The notes: a model not told the origin generated them from the sequence alone. Shown: positions 1 to 9,844, numbered from the stretch's first letter. The stretch: 64,000 nucleotides of DNA from an uncultured Anaerolineales bacterium (GCA_964603385.1 CAZRUS010000001.1:12187-76186); one strand, 5' to 3'. Program-made: numbers and translations.

Positions 1-1
1 C

Positions 2-637
2 CGGACGCTCTCCGGTACAGTGGCTGAGGAACTGCAGGGAGATGAGCATGATGCCATTCAGGAGGCGACCCTGGATACCGGAGAGCGGTTGGAGATCGAC
101 CTGGTGATTATGGGTGTGGGGATCGAATTAAACACGGCAGTGGCCGCCGATGCCGGACTGGAGTTAGCTGAGGGCGGAGCCGTACTTGTCAATGATTATC
201 TGCAGACCAGCCATCCGGATATTTTCGCCGCCGGGGATATCGTTTCCTGGCCTGATCCGGTGAGAAACCAGCGTCTGCAGATTGAACATTGGGATGTGGC
301 GCGGGCCCAGGGGAAAAGGGCAGGACGCAACATGGCCGGCGAAAAGGAAGCCTATACCCGGCTGCCTTACTTTTTCTCCGATATGTTTGACCTCAGTTTT
401 GAAGTCTGGGGGGTGCTGGACAGCTGGGATCAGACAGTGCAAAGAGGAGAGATCAAGGAGGGAAGCTTCGCGTTTTATTACTTCGACCAGGGACAGCTGG
501 TCGGTGTCCTGTCTGTAGGCAGACCGAAGGAAGAACGGGAAGCCATGAAATCCCTGCCTGGAAAAGGTATCACCCACGCTGAATCAGCCAGCAAGCTGGC
601 GGATGAAAGCTACGCCCTGGATCAGCTCCTTTCCTGA
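2..637 (+). CDS. FAD/NAD(P)-dependent pyridine-nucleotide-disulfide oxidoreductase, C-terminal part (5' end outside window)
   Basis: The frame is open from the window edge; the GTG at 20 is only the first in-window start. It has an AAGDI FAD-binding motif and a ferredoxin/rubredoxin-reductase-type C-terminal region (IEHWDVARAQGKRAG...). Confidence 0.75.
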   Translation, partial: RTLSGTVAEELQGDEHDAIQEATLDTGERLEIDLVIMGVGIELNTAVAADAGLELAEGGAVLVNDYLQTSHPDIFAAGDIVSWPDPVRNQRLQIEHWDVARAQGKRAGRNMAGEKEAYTRLPYFFSDMFDLSFEVWGVLDSWDQTVQRGEIKEGSFAFYYFDQGQLVGVLSVGRPKEEREAMKSLPGKGITHAESASKLADESYALDQLLS

Positions 638-666
638 GCAACCATCTCCTGGAATGTTTCCTGAAT

Positions 667-693
667 AGCCGTCCTGAAAGGGGCGGCTTTTCT
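667..693 (+). terminator. rho-independent terminator candidate
   Basis: Hairpin AGCCGTCC-tgaaag-GGGCGGCT (one G-U pair) followed by TTTCT, about 30 nt past the stop at 637. Confidence 0.5.
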
Positions 694-715
694 ATTATGA
701 TTATTTACAGCAGCA

Positions 716-1243
716 ATGAAGCCAGGTTTCAGAAAGATGATATTTGACCTCAGGAAAGAACAGGAATCCTTCCCCATACCAGCTCAATCCGGAGTATATC
801 TGCTGCTGCTCAATGTGTCGAGAGAAGCTCGCATCGAGGTAGGGCGCTTAGGCCGGCTGCGCCTGCAGCGGGGATATTATTTTTATCTCGGCAGCGCCCA
901 CGGTTCGGGAGGGCTCAGGGCTAGAATCCGGCGCCATGTGGAGGGATCCGAAAAATGTTTTTGGCATATTGATTATCTGCGGCCGGCCGCTGACCCTGTT
1001 CAAGTCTGGTTCAGCTGCGCGGGACCCGCCGGGGAGCACACGGCGGCAGCGCAGCTGGGTGAGGTCCCCGAGCTGGGAATTCCTCTCCCGGGTTTTGGCA
1101 GCTCAGACTGCAGCTGTCGGAGCCACCTTTTCTATGCGGGGGAGCGCTCCGCGGTCAGGAAAGCCTGGGGGGTCTTGAATCAGCACTTCCCCCAAGGACA
1201 GAAATGGCAGCGGGTGGAGATAAAAGGTGTGGAAAATCAATAA
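716..1243 (+). CDS. DUF123 / GIY-YIG-like (Uri superfamily) domain protein
   Basis: GVYLLLL...GYYFYLGSAHGSGGLRARIRRH...CFWHIDYL resembles the DUF123 signature as I recall it. Confidence 0.6.
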   Translation: MKPGFRKMIFDLRKEQESFPIPAQSGVYLLLLNVSREARIEVGRLGRLRLQRGYYFYLGSAHGSGGLRARIRRHVEGSEKCFWHIDYLRPAADPVQVWFSCAGPAGEHTAAAQLGEVPELGIPLPGFGSSDCSCRSHLFYAGERSAVRKAWGVLNQHFPQGQKWQRVEIKGVENQ

Positions 1244-1315
1244 CTCTGGCTCCTCAACAGTGTTAAAATCCATGAAGGCCGCACTCCTCTAGACGGAAAA
1301 CAAAGGACGGGATTC

Positions 1316-2662
1316 ATGGCAGCTTCCTTGACCAGGGGAAAGAAGATCATCTATGGGTCTGGTGATATCGGCTTCAGCCTGACCACGACCATCATCGGGG
1401 TGTATTTTCTGTTCTTCATGATCGAGGTGGTCGGCCTGCGGCCGGCTTTGGCAGGGATTCCCATTGCAGTGGGAAAATTTTGGGATTTTATTAATGATCC
1501 CATTTTTGGCTACCTCTCCGACCGGACGAGGACCCGCTGGGGACGGCGCCGTCCGTTTTTGCTTTTTGGTGCCCTGCCGCTGGCATTCACCTTTACCATG
1601 CTCTGGTACCGACCCGCTTTGACCACCCCAGCGGCTCTGGTGGCTTATTATTCACTGGCCTACTTGTTATTTGAAGCTTCCGCAACGCTGCTGTATATGC
1701 CCTACTTTGCCCTTACACCGGAGCTGACCGCGGATTACGATGAGCGCACCTCGCTGACCTCTTACCGGATGTTTTTCTCCATCCTGGGCTCTTTACTGGC
1801 GTTTACGGTTCCGCTGATGATCATCGGTGAGTTTTCTCCAGAAAACTCATCGCGGGTGCTGTTGATGGGGGGGATCTTTGGTCTGGCTTCGGCCCTGCCC
1901 ATGTACCTGGTCTTCTTTGGAACCCGGGAGCGGGAAGACTTTATTGAGGCTGAGAGGCCCCGGCTGTGGGAATCTTTGAAGGCGGTCTGGAGGAATGTTC
2001 CTTTTCGCTACAGTCTGGGAATTTTTCTGGCCACCTGGATTTCGGTGGATATTCTGCAGTCCAGCCTGCTGTTCTATATCAAGTATGTCATCGAAAGAGA
2101 AGCCCAGAATGATTTGATCATGGCCTCCATCTTTGTGGTGGCTATGTTTGCCCTCCCGATCTGGGATTGGGTTTCCCGCCGCTGGAGCAAGCGGCAGGCC
2201 TACATGTACGGGATTGCCTTCTGGGCTGTGGTCCAGATGCTTTTGATCATGGTCTCCCCCGAAACGGCCCTTCCCGTGATCCTCTTCCTGTGCACGCTGG
2301 CCGGGATTGGGGTGGCGGCAGCCCATGTACTGCCCTGGGCGATCATCCCCGATACCATCGAGTGGGACGAATATCACACCGGGGAGCGCCATGAAGGCAT
2401 GTTCTACAGCATGACCACCCTGACCCGGAAGGTGGCCTCAGCTTTTGCCATTCCCCTGATCGGCCCCCTGCTGGAGCTGACCGGCTATCAGGCAAACACC
2501 GCCCAGCAGAGCGCCAGCGCGCTGACCGGGATCCGTTTGATCATTGGACCCATCCCGGCTGTGCTGCTTACTGTCGGCATCCTGATTGCTTATAAATATC
2601 CTTTGAGCCGGCAGGAATTTTTGGGCATCGTCGAAAAGTTAAAACTGCGCCGGGCCAGCTGA
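1316..2662 (+). CDS. MFS transporter, glycoside-pentoside-hexuronide (GPH):cation symporter family
   Basis: Polytopic hydrophobic protein of 448 aa. The N-terminal YGSGDIGF and the DRTRTRWGRRRPFLL loop are typical of MelB/GPH transporters. Confidence 0.8.
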   Translation: MAASLTRGKKIIYGSGDIGFSLTTTIIGVYFLFFMIEVVGLRPALAGIPIAVGKFWDFINDPIFGYLSDRTRTRWGRRRPFLLFGALPLAFTFTMLWYRPALTTPAALVAYYSLAYLLFEASATLLYMPYFALTPELTADYDERTSLTSYRMFFSILGSLLAFTVPLMIIGEFSPENSSRVLLMGGIFGLASALPMYLVFFGTREREDFIEAERPRLWESLKAVWRNVPFRYSLGIFLATWISVDILQSSLLFYIKYVIEREAQNDLIMASIFVVAMFALPIWDWVSRRWSKRQAYMYGIAFWAVVQMLLIMVSPETALPVILFLCTLAGIGVAAAHVLPWAIIPDTIEWDEYHTGERHEGMFYSMTTLTRKVASAFAIPLIGPLLELTGYQANTAQQSASALTGIRLIIGPIPAVLLTVGILIAYKYPLSRQEFLGIVEKLKLRRAS

Positions 2663-2668
2663 TCGGGA

Positions 2669-3874
2669 GTGAGGCTTAATCGGAACAGCGCTGAGATGAG
2701 TGATCTGGTCATCAAGAAGGTCGAGAATCCGCTGCAGCGGCGGCAGTTTCTAATATTTCCCTGGAAAATCTACCAGAATGACCCCTGCTGGGTCCCCCCG
2801 CTAATTCCGGAAAGGACGAAGGTTATCAATCCTTCCCCGGGGGTTTTTTTTGAACGTGGGGAAGCGGACTTCTTTATTGCCTACCGGGGAGGAAAACCGG
2901 TGGGTACAATCTGTGCGGGAGAAGATCCGCCCAGCAATCAAAAAAGGGGGACGCGACATTGTCTGTTTGGATTTCTGGAAGTAGTGGATGATTTCCAGGT
3001 GTTCCAGGCCCTGATCCGCCGGGTGGAAACCTGGGGAGGAAATCGCGGGCTGACCGCGCTTTACGGGCCCTGGAATCTTGATTACGAGGACAGCTATGGT
3101 GTGTTGGTGGAGGGCTGGGATCGTCCTCCGGCATTAATGTGCGGGCATACCCCTCCCTATTACCGCGAATTTATAGAGCGGGCAGGATTTTTGCCCGGCC
3201 GGCCGGAGAATATCGCCTTGGAAATCAGCCTGGAAGAGTCAGATCAGTTTGCCCGTTTACAACGGCTGGCAGACCGCCTGCAAACGCAGGGGAGGATAAC
3301 GATCAGAAGCGCAGATTTTCAGAATTGGGACTCGGAAATCGATCGGCTGCATGGACTGCTCAACCACGCACTGGCTCATCTGGAAGACAGCATTGGCTGG
3401 CGGCGGGACAATCTGGAATCGATGCTGGCGCCCTTCCGCAGGATCGCTGACCCGGAGATGGTCCTTTTTGCTGAGGTTGGGGGAGAGACGGTGGGCTTCC
3501 TCCCGGGTGTCCCCAACCTTAATGAAACCCTGATCCATGCCAATGGTCTGCGTTTTCCCTGGGATTATCTCCGCCTTCTGTGGGCAGTGAAACGGCATCC
3601 TGCCCGGGGAATGACAGTAAAGAGTGTGCTGGTCCTCCCCGCGTATTGGAACACCGGCGTGGCGGTGATGCTGTTTGCAGAACTACTGCAGCGGGCAAGA
3701 CAACGGGGGTATCGATGGGCGGATTTGTCAATCACCAGCGCGGATAATCCTACCTCCGTGCTTACTGCTGAAAAGCTGGGTGCAAAGATTTATAAACGCT
3801 GGCAGGTGTATACCAGGAAAATACCCCAGGAGCGGATTTGTCTCTCGGGAGATGAGAGGGATTTTGGCCTCTGA
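2669..3874 (+). CDS. GNAT-fold N-acetyltransferase-like protein (about 400 aa family)
   Basis: Long ORF with the coding bias of its neighbours. The C-terminal LVLPAYWNTGVAVMLFAELLQRARQRGY looks like a GNAT acyl-CoA-binding core. The start is ambiguous: GTG 2669 or ATG 2696. Confidence 0.5.
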   Translation: MRLNRNSAEMSDLVIKKVENPLQRRQFLIFPWKIYQNDPCWVPPLIPERTKVINPSPGVFFERGEADFFIAYRGGKPVGTICAGEDPPSNQKRGTRHCLFGFLEVVDDFQVFQALIRRVETWGGNRGLTALYGPWNLDYEDSYGVLVEGWDRPPALMCGHTPPYYREFIERAGFLPGRPENIALEISLEESDQFARLQRLADRLQTQGRITIRSADFQNWDSEIDRLHGLLNHALAHLEDSIGWRRDNLESMLAPFRRIADPEMVLFAEVGGETVGFLPGVPNLNETLIHANGLRFPWDYLRLLWAVKRHPARGMTVKSVLVLPAYWNTGVAVMLFAELLQRARQRGYRWADLSITSADNPTSVLTAEKLGAKIYKRWQVYTRKIPQERICLSGDERDFGL

Positions 3875-3901
3875 CTGTGATCTACCAGCTGAAAGGATAT
3901 C

Positions 3902-3930
3902 TTGCCAGATTGCGGGGAACGCACTATAAT
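3902..3930 (+). promoter_or_regulatory. sigma70-type promoter for tRNA-Pro
   Basis: TTGCCA (3902-3907), 17-nt spacer, TATAAT (3925-3930), 10 nt before the mature tRNA 5' end. Confidence 0.55.
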
Positions 3931-3940
3931 GACGGTTGCT

Positions 3941-4018
3941 CGGGGCGTGGCGCAGTCCGGCTAGCGCGTTGCAATGGGGTTGCAAAGGCCGTCGGTTCGA
4001 ATCCGACCGCCCCGACCA
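3941..4018 (+). tRNA. tRNA-Pro (anticodon GGG), CCA encoded
   Basis: Hand-folded cloverleaf. Acceptor CGGGGCG/CGCCCCG, D stem GCGC/GCGC, anticodon stem TTGCA/TGCAA with loop A-T-GGG-G-T, T arm GTCGG-TTCGAAT-CCGAC, then A-CCA. Confidence 0.9.
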
Positions 4019-4028
4019 TAAAAAAAAA

Positions 4029-4052
4029 CCGCCTGAAGTCCAGGCGGTTTTT
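4029..4052. terminator. bidirectional rho-independent terminator
   Basis: CCGCCTG-aagtc-CAGGCGG hairpin flanked by A8 (4021-4028) and T5 (4048-4052). It lies between the tRNA-Pro 3' end and the stop of the convergent gene at 4075. Confidence 0.65.
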
Positions 4053-4074
4053 GCATTTTCAGACGGCGGGCCTG

Positions 4075-4824
4075 CTAACAGAACCCCATGAACGCTTTGG
4101 CCTGCTGGTAGATGGCATAGTCCTTCTGGTTGGCTTCCTGGAAGCGTTCAAAAAACTCTTTATCAATGCCCAGGTTTTTGTACCGGGAGCGGTTGAGCTG
4201 GGGGCCGCTGCCTGGCTTGCCGGTAAAATTCGTCCAATCTTCATTTTTCAGCTGGGCGATAAACCCGGGCAGGCAGTCGAATACACCCACCAGGTCGTAA
4301 TCTCCCAGCCGCTGGTTCCCCAGACAACGGGATTGGAAATTCGTATTTTTATCCAGGAAAGCAAAACTTTCAAAATCCATCTTTTTATCCCAGGGAATTT
4401 CAAACCGCCAATTGACGTCCCCTTTATGAGCTTTCCATTCCTCATAAATTGCCATGGTTCTCTCCAGGGGATCCCGGAGGATGATGCTGGTGAAAGGGTT
4501 TTCTATCGTTCCCCGAAACAGGCTGGGGGTGAAGTAGCCGTGGACTGCTTTGGTGTCATCCGGAAGGTGTTTCCGGGTATACCAGGTTTGACCGGGGAGC
4601 CCCTCGCCGGGATCGGCCGCCCCGCTTCTGAGCAGCTTCTTTCCTTTTTTCAGCAGGGATTGAAGCGGATTGAGGGGAATTTCACTCAAACGGATAAATA
4701 TCTTCTCAGGAAGCTGATAGACCAGCACACATTCTGCCCCATAGAGTTTCGCAAGATCTGCCAGATAGGAAGAATTGGTAGTTCCTTCGATGGCAACGCT
4801 GACATGAATTCTTTGACTCAACAT
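4075..4824 (-). CDS. sulfotransferase-family protein (putative)
   Basis: 249 aa. ILRDPLER resembles the sulfotransferase 3'-PB RDPxxR element, and the N-terminal IEGTTNSS sits where the PKxGTT 5'-PSB loop lies. The gene is visibly AT-richer than its neighbours. Confidence 0.5.
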   Translation of the reverse strand: MLSQRIHVSVAIEGTTNSSYLADLAKLYGAECVLVYQLPEKIFIRLSEIPLNPLQSLLKKGKKLLRSGAADPGEGLPGQTWYTRKHLPDDTKAVHGYFTPSLFRGTIENPFTSIILRDPLERTMAIYEEWKAHKGDVNWRFEIPWDKKMDFESFAFLDKNTNFQSRCLGNQRLGDYDLVGVFDCLPGFIAQLKNEDWTNFTGKPGSGPQLNRSRYKNLGIDKEFFERFQEANQKDYAIYQQAKAFMGFC

Positions 4825-4971
4825 AATTGTTCAATGTCTCCTAAAATACGACCGCAATTAATTCTATAGTGTAGCACAAGTCGTTTTTTTTTTCAGAAGG
4901 GCATGGAATGTGGGCTTGCTGGTGGCTATACGGTACAATTCAAGCAATTAAGCGCGCTGCGAAGGAGGGCC

Positions 4972-6783
4972 ATGAGCTACAGACCTATTGAAGATTACGG
5001 TGTGATTGGCGATCTCAACACGGTGGGGCTGATCAGCAGGGAGGGATCGATAGATTTTATGTGCTTTCCTGATTTCGACTCCCCGACCATTTTTGCCCGC
5101 CTGCTCGATGATCAACAAGGGGGCTTTTTTTGCATCCGCCCCGCCGACTTAAATGGGAAACAAAAACAGCTTTACATCTCCGATACCAACGTGCTGCTGA
5201 CCCGCTTTCTGCAGCATGAGGGGGTGGCAGAACTTTCTGACTATATGCCCATTGAAGAAATCCGGTTGATCCCCAATCTGGTCCGCCGGATCAAGGCCGT
5301 CCGAGGCACCATCAGAGCCCGGATGATCTGTGCGCCCAGATTTAATTATGCCTCAGCTGAGCACAGCATCGAACTTGTTGATCAGGGGGTGATATTCACC
5401 TCCCAGGGAGAGGATGGCCTGGTGCTGAGACTGCGCAGTGAGGTGCCGCTGAAGGTGGAGGCTGGGGAGGTCTCAGCCGACTTTACTCTGCAGCAAGGCG
5501 AAAGTGCAGCCTTCATCCTTGAGCAGGTCCGCCCGGGGGAAAAATCCCCTTGCGAGCAGGCTGCTTATGTCTCGGATACATTTAAAGACACAGTCAATTT
5601 CTGGCACAGTTGGATTGCAAATTCCAACTACACCGGGCGCTGGCGGGAGATGGTGAATCGATCCGCGCTGACTTTAAAACTGATCACCTCCCAGGTGCAC
5701 GGCTCCCTGGTGGCAGCACCCACCTTTGGTCTGCCCGAAGTGGTGGGTGGGGAACGCAACTGGGATTACCGGTATACCTGGATCCGGGATTCCGCTTTTG
5801 TGGTTTCCGCTTTGATGAAGCTGGGCTTTGATGCCGAAGCCAGAGCCTTTACAAACTGGATTAAGAAACGCACAACCCAAATGAATTCTGATAACTCCCT
5901 GCAGGTTGTCTATGCCCTCAGCGGGGAGAAAGATCTTTCTGAGCGCACGCTGCCTCATCTGGAAGGGTACCGGGGATCGCAGCCTGTCCGGGTGGGGAAC
6001 GGTGCTTTTGATCAGCTGCAGCTGGATATCTATGGTGAGCTGATGGATGCCCTTTATATCATGGACAGATACAGCAGCGAACTCTCTCATGATCTGTGGA
6101 TGAATTTGATCCGGATTGTCGATTATGTCACAGCGCACTGGAAGCAGCCGGATGAAGGCATCTGGGAGATCCGGGGGGAAAAGAAGCACTTTCTGTTTTC
6201 GCGGGTGATGTGCTGGGTGGCCATCGATCGGGGCATCCGGATTGCAGAAAATCGCTCCTTCCCGGCGCCGCTGGACCGCTGGAGGGCGGTGCGGGATGAG
6301 ATTTACCACGATGTTTATGATAACTTCTGGAATGAGGACAAGAACGCTTTCACCCAGATCAAGGGAGGAAAAACGCTGGATGCCTCCAGTCTGCTGATGC
6401 CGCTGGTGGGATTTATCTCTCCCAATGATCCCCGCTGGCTTTCTCACCTGGAAACCGTGGAGGAAGAGCTGGTCTATGATTCCCTGGTCTACCGCTACAG
6501 CCCGGAAGGCGATGCGCCCGACGGTCTCCCCGGGATCGAAGGGACCTTCAGCATCTGCACCTTCTGGTATGTGGAAAATCTGGCCCGGATCGGGGAGCTG
6601 CGCAAGGCCAGGTTGTTTTTTGAAAAGATGCTCGGGTATGCCAATCACCTGGGATTGTATGCGGAAGAATTGAGCCCGCAGGCGGAGCATCTGGGAAATT
6701 TTCCCCAGGCGTTCACACATCTGGCTTTGATCACGGCGGCATTTGAACTGGACCGCCGGCTGGAAGAAGCCGGGATCAACTGA
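4972..6783 (+). CDS. glycoside hydrolase family 15 (glucoamylase/trehalase-like)
   Basis: MSYRPIEDYGVIGDLNTVGLISREGSIDFMCFPDFDSPTIFARLLD is a classic bacterial GH15 N-terminus, and WIRDSAF belongs to the (alpha/alpha)6 catalytic region. Start moved to ATG 4972 behind RBS GAAGGAGG (4961-4968). Confidence 0.85.
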   Translation: MSYRPIEDYGVIGDLNTVGLISREGSIDFMCFPDFDSPTIFARLLDDQQGGFFCIRPADLNGKQKQLYISDTNVLLTRFLQHEGVAELSDYMPIEEIRLIPNLVRRIKAVRGTIRARMICAPRFNYASAEHSIELVDQGVIFTSQGEDGLVLRLRSEVPLKVEAGEVSADFTLQQGESAAFILEQVRPGEKSPCEQAAYVSDTFKDTVNFWHSWIANSNYTGRWREMVNRSALTLKLITSQVHGSLVAAPTFGLPEVVGGERNWDYRYTWIRDSAFVVSALMKLGFDAEARAFTNWIKKRTTQMNSDNSLQVVYALSGEKDLSERTLPHLEGYRGSQPVRVGNGAFDQLQLDIYGELMDALYIMDRYSSELSHDLWMNLIRIVDYVTAHWKQPDEGIWEIRGEKKHFLFSRVMCWVAIDRGIRIAENRSFPAPLDRWRAVRDEIYHDVYDNFWNEDKNAFTQIKGGKTLDASSLLMPLVGFISPNDPRWLSHLETVEEELVYDSLVYRYSPEGDAPDGLPGIEGTFSICTFWYVENLARIGELRKARLFFEKMLGYANHLGLYAEELSPQAEHLGNFPQAFTHLALITAAFELDRRLEEAGIN

Positions 6784-6787
6784 CCGG

Positions 6788-7774
6788 TCAGGCCTCCACT
6801 TCGGGGTTGACCAGATGGGGCAGCGGCTCACCTTTCAGACCGGCCAGCACGTTGCGGACGGCGATCTGAGCCATTTGTCTTCGGGTGTTCCAGGTGGCGG
6901 AACCAATATGGGGGGTGATCAGACAGTTTTCCAGCTGATAAAGGATGTGATCAGGCGGCAGCGGTTCCGGGTCGGTGACGTCCAGACCAGCGGCCCGGAT
7001 CCATCCCTGCTGCAAGGCCTCCACCAGGGCGTCCGTGTCGACCACTGCGCCCCGGGCGGCATTGATCAAGATGGCGGTTTCTTTCATACGCTGCAGGGCC
7101 TGCTGATTGATGATTTTTTTGGTTTCCCCGGTCAGGGGGATGTGAAGGCACAGGAAATCGCTCTCTGCCAGCAGGTCTTCCAGTGCGACCTGCTGGGCGC
7201 CAAGCGCTTCCTCAAGTTCCGGTTTGGGGCTGCGGTTGGTAAACAGAATGCGGCTATTAAAGGCGGCCGCACGACGGGCGACAGCCGAACCGATTTTGCC
7301 CAATCCCAGGATGCCGACCGTCCCGCCAGCAAGATCTGCTCCCAGCCACCCGGCAGGATCCCAGGTGGTCCACAATCCCGCTCTGGCGTCGGCGTTTGCC
7401 CGGGGGAGCTGACGGGCAACCGCCAGCAGCAAAGCCATGGTCAGGTCGGCTGTCCCTTCCGTCAGCACACCGGGGGTGTTGCCCACCCGGATCCCCCGCC
7501 GGGTGCAGGCAGAAATATCAATATTATCCACTCCCACCGCCATATTGCTGATCACCTTCAAGGAGGAAGCCCGCCCCAGGAGCTGTTCGGTAATGGGGTC
7601 ATCCAGCAGGCTGATCATCCCCTCCGCTTCCGGAAGCCTCTCCTGCAGCCCGGAACTCAAACCGCGCATTTCTTCCGGTCCGACAATCACCCGGCAGGAT
7701 TGATGGAGATCATGGATCCATTCCTGGGGGATAGGGTGGGTGACAATCACCAGCGGTTTCTGCTCAGCGTTCAT
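6788..7774 (-). CDS. D-isomer-specific 2-hydroxyacid dehydrogenase (glyoxylate/hydroxypyruvate reductase-like)
   Basis: GILGLGKIGSAVARR NAD fold, the AARGAVVD and PHIGSAT catalytic region, 328 aa. Confidence 0.85.
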   Translation of the reverse strand: MNAEQKPLVIVTHPIPQEWIHDLHQSCRVIVGPEEMRGLSSGLQERLPEAEGMISLLDDPITEQLLGRASSLKVISNMAVGVDNIDISACTRRGIRVGNTPGVLTEGTADLTMALLLAVARQLPRANADARAGLWTTWDPAGWLGADLAGGTVGILGLGKIGSAVARRAAAFNSRILFTNRSPKPELEEALGAQQVALEDLLAESDFLCLHIPLTGETKKIINQQALQRMKETAILINAARGAVVDTDALVEALQQGWIRAAGLDVTDPEPLPPDHILYQLENCLITPHIGSATWNTRRQMAQIAVRNVLAGLKGEPLPHLVNPEVEA

Positions 7775-7784
7775 CGCTCACCTC

Positions 7785-9170
7785 TCAAACTGTGAAAAGG
7801 AAGTAGAGATCATTGACGTTGGTATGGGTGGGCCCAATTTTAATCAGATCTTCCAGCTGCTCGAAGAAAAGGTAGGAATTGTGCTCCTGGAGATATTTTT
7901 GGGGATCGAGATTCTGGGTCGCGGAACGCGCCAAGGTTGCTCCGGTGGCAGCAGCGCCGGCGGCATCTGTTGGTCCATCCTCACCATCGCTGGCCAGGGT
8001 GATCAGCAGGGCATCTTTCAGGCCGGCGATCGTTTCCACCGCTGCCAGAGCAACCTCAGTATTCCTGCCGCCCTGGCCGCTTTCCAATTCTCCAGCAATC
8101 GCTACTGTTGGTTCTCCTCCCCCAATCAAGCAGGCCGGTCGGGAAAAAGGCTGATTGTTCCGGGCCATCGCCACCAGCAGTTCCCCCAGCTGTTGGCCCG
8201 TTTCTGCAGCCTGACCAAGAAAGGGTTCGGGCATTCGCCGGCAGAAAAATCCCTCTTTTCTGGCCTGCTGAAGGCCGGCTTCTACCGCCAGGCGGTTGTC
8301 CCCGAGAATGCGGTTGTGAACCTGGCCAAAAAGGGGATCTCCAGGCTTGGGGGTTTCGGTGCCGTCCTCTTTGGATCCAGCGTGGAGATGGTCCAGCACA
8401 GACGGCGGAACCTGGCTGCTCAACTGATATTTTTCCAGGATGGTGAGGGCATCCTGGCTGCGGGTTGGGTCCGGCATGGTGGGCCCGGAGGCAATGATAT
8501 CAACACGCTGCTGTAACACGTCAGAGAGGATCAAAGCATATACCGGCGCCGGGGCGGCGGTTTCAGCCAGCCGGCCGCCCTTGACAAGGGAGAGGTGTTT
8601 GCGAATGGTGTTGATTTCCACAATATCCGCTCCTGAGGCAATCAGCAGCTGGTTGGTCTGTTTCAGCTCGTCCAGCGAAATGCTCTCGACAGGAAGCGAG
8701 AGCAGAGCGGATGCTCCTCCGGAGAGCAGCAGCAGGACCAGATCGTCGCCGGTCAGATCCTGCAGGGTGCTGTGGATCTGGCGGGCAGCCTGCAGGCCGT
8801 TTTCATTTGGATGGGGATGACCGCCGGAAAATACCTGGAAGCGCTCCAGCGGTTTTTCCCAGCGCGCTAGCGAGGTCTGTTTGGTAAGCAGCAGCCCCAG
8901 GTCCAGACGCTGCCCCAAAACTTCTTCTGCAGCTGCGGCCATGGGCAGGGCTGCTTTGCCAACTGCCAGGACGATCAGACGGCCATCCCGGGGCAGTTCG
9001 ACTTTGTGGTCCCCAATCAACAGCAGGGAGCCTCGGCGGGAGAGATTCCAGCGGACGAGTGTTCCAGGATGAACAGCGTTCAGGGAAGCAGCCAGCACCC
9101 GGCAGATGCCCTTTCCGCCGGTCTGGTGGTACAGCGAGCGGGTGAGAAACGCCTCTGCTGAAAAGTTCAT
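7785..9170 (-). CDS. glycerate 2-kinase / hydroxypyruvate reductase-like (DUF4147 + MOFRL family)
   Basis: LLLSGGASALL and CLIGGGEPTV motifs and a C-terminal MOFRL-like region (GEDGPTDAAGA). Confidence 0.8.
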   Translation of the reverse strand: MNFSAEAFLTRSLYHQTGGKGICRVLAASLNAVHPGTLVRWNLSRRGSLLLIGDHKVELPRDGRLIVLAVGKAALPMAAAAEEVLGQRLDLGLLLTKQTSLARWEKPLERFQVFSGGHPHPNENGLQAARQIHSTLQDLTGDDLVLLLLSGGASALLSLPVESISLDELKQTNQLLIASGADIVEINTIRKHLSLVKGGRLAETAAPAPVYALILSDVLQQRVDIIASGPTMPDPTRSQDALTILEKYQLSSQVPPSVLDHLHAGSKEDGTETPKPGDPLFGQVHNRILGDNRLAVEAGLQQARKEGFFCRRMPEPFLGQAAETGQQLGELLVAMARNNQPFSRPACLIGGGEPTVAIAGELESGQGGRNTEVALAAVETIAGLKDALLITLASDGEDGPTDAAGAAATGATLARSATQNLDPQKYLQEHNSYLFFEQLEDLIKIGPTHTNVNDLYFLFTV

Positions 9171-9844
9171 AACAGGCCCGCCGGTTCGATACAGCGGGGG
9201 GAGTTATTGCCCGGGGAGTTGACATAGGGGGAGACCGGGTAGGCTTTCATCTCTTGGGCGGGATAGGGCTGGAGCAGTGCCTGCAGAGCCTGAGTATCTC
9301 CCTCTCCCGGCTGCAGCCAGCGCTGATGACTTTCTCTGGGCAGGATGACCGGCATGCGGTTATGGATGGGCCTCACCAGGGGGTTAGGTTCGGTGGTAAT
9401 GATGCAGGCCGAGCGCAGTGGGTCCCCGTGCGGGGAAATCCACTCATCCCACAGCCCGGCAAATCCGAACGGCTCCCGATCTTTCAAGGAAATAAAATAG
9501 GGTATTTTCGATGTACCAGGGTTCTTTTTCCATTCATAAAACCCATCCGCCAGGATCAGACAGCGCCTGCGGCGGAAGCTGGACCGAAAGGAAGGTTTCT
9601 CAGCCACAGTTTCAGCCCGGGCGTTGATCAAATTGTACCCGCCAAATTTTGCGTCTTTGGACCAGGAAGGGATCAAGCCCCAGCGGAAAAACGTCAGGGT
9701 TGGGTTTTTCTCATTGGGTACAACCGGAATCGGCTGGGAGGGGGCGATGTTATAGCTGGGAGGCAGATCCCCGGGAATATCAAAATCCGGAAAGGCCAGC
9801 CGGAGCTCATCGGGGGAAACGGTTAGGGTAAATCGTCCGCACAT
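9167..9844 (-). CDS. SOS-response-associated peptidase (SRAP/YedK family)
   Basis: N-terminal MCGRF (catalytic Cys2), ...NARAET..., ...ADGFYEW..., 225 aa. It overlaps the next gene by 4 nt. Confidence 0.85.
   Translation of the reverse strand: MCGRFTLTVSPDELRLAFPDFDIPGDLPPSYNIAPSQPIPVVPNEKNPTLTFFRWGLIPSWSKDAKFGGYNLINARAETVAEKPSFRSSFRRRRCLILADGFYEWKKNPGTSKIPYFISLKDREPFGFAGLWDEWISPHGDPLRSACIITTEPNPLVRPIHNRMPVILPRESHQRWLQPGEGDTQALQALLQPYPAQEMKAYPVSPYVNSPGNNSPRCIEPAGLL

Noticed and set aside
3877-4869. 330-aa plus-strand ORF
   Set aside because: It runs straight through tRNA-Pro and its terminator and is antisense to the sulfotransferase-like gene. The protein is low-complexity with no motifs, so it is a shadow ORF.
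5674-6831. 385-aa minus-strand ORF inside the GH15 gene
   Set aside because: It is antisense to a gene with clear GH15 motifs. It is Gly/Pro/Arg-rich with no recognisable domain, the typical GC-rich antisense frame.
6743-7795. 350-aa plus-strand ORF
   Set aside because: It is antisense to the well-supported 2-hydroxyacid dehydrogenase gene and has no motifs.
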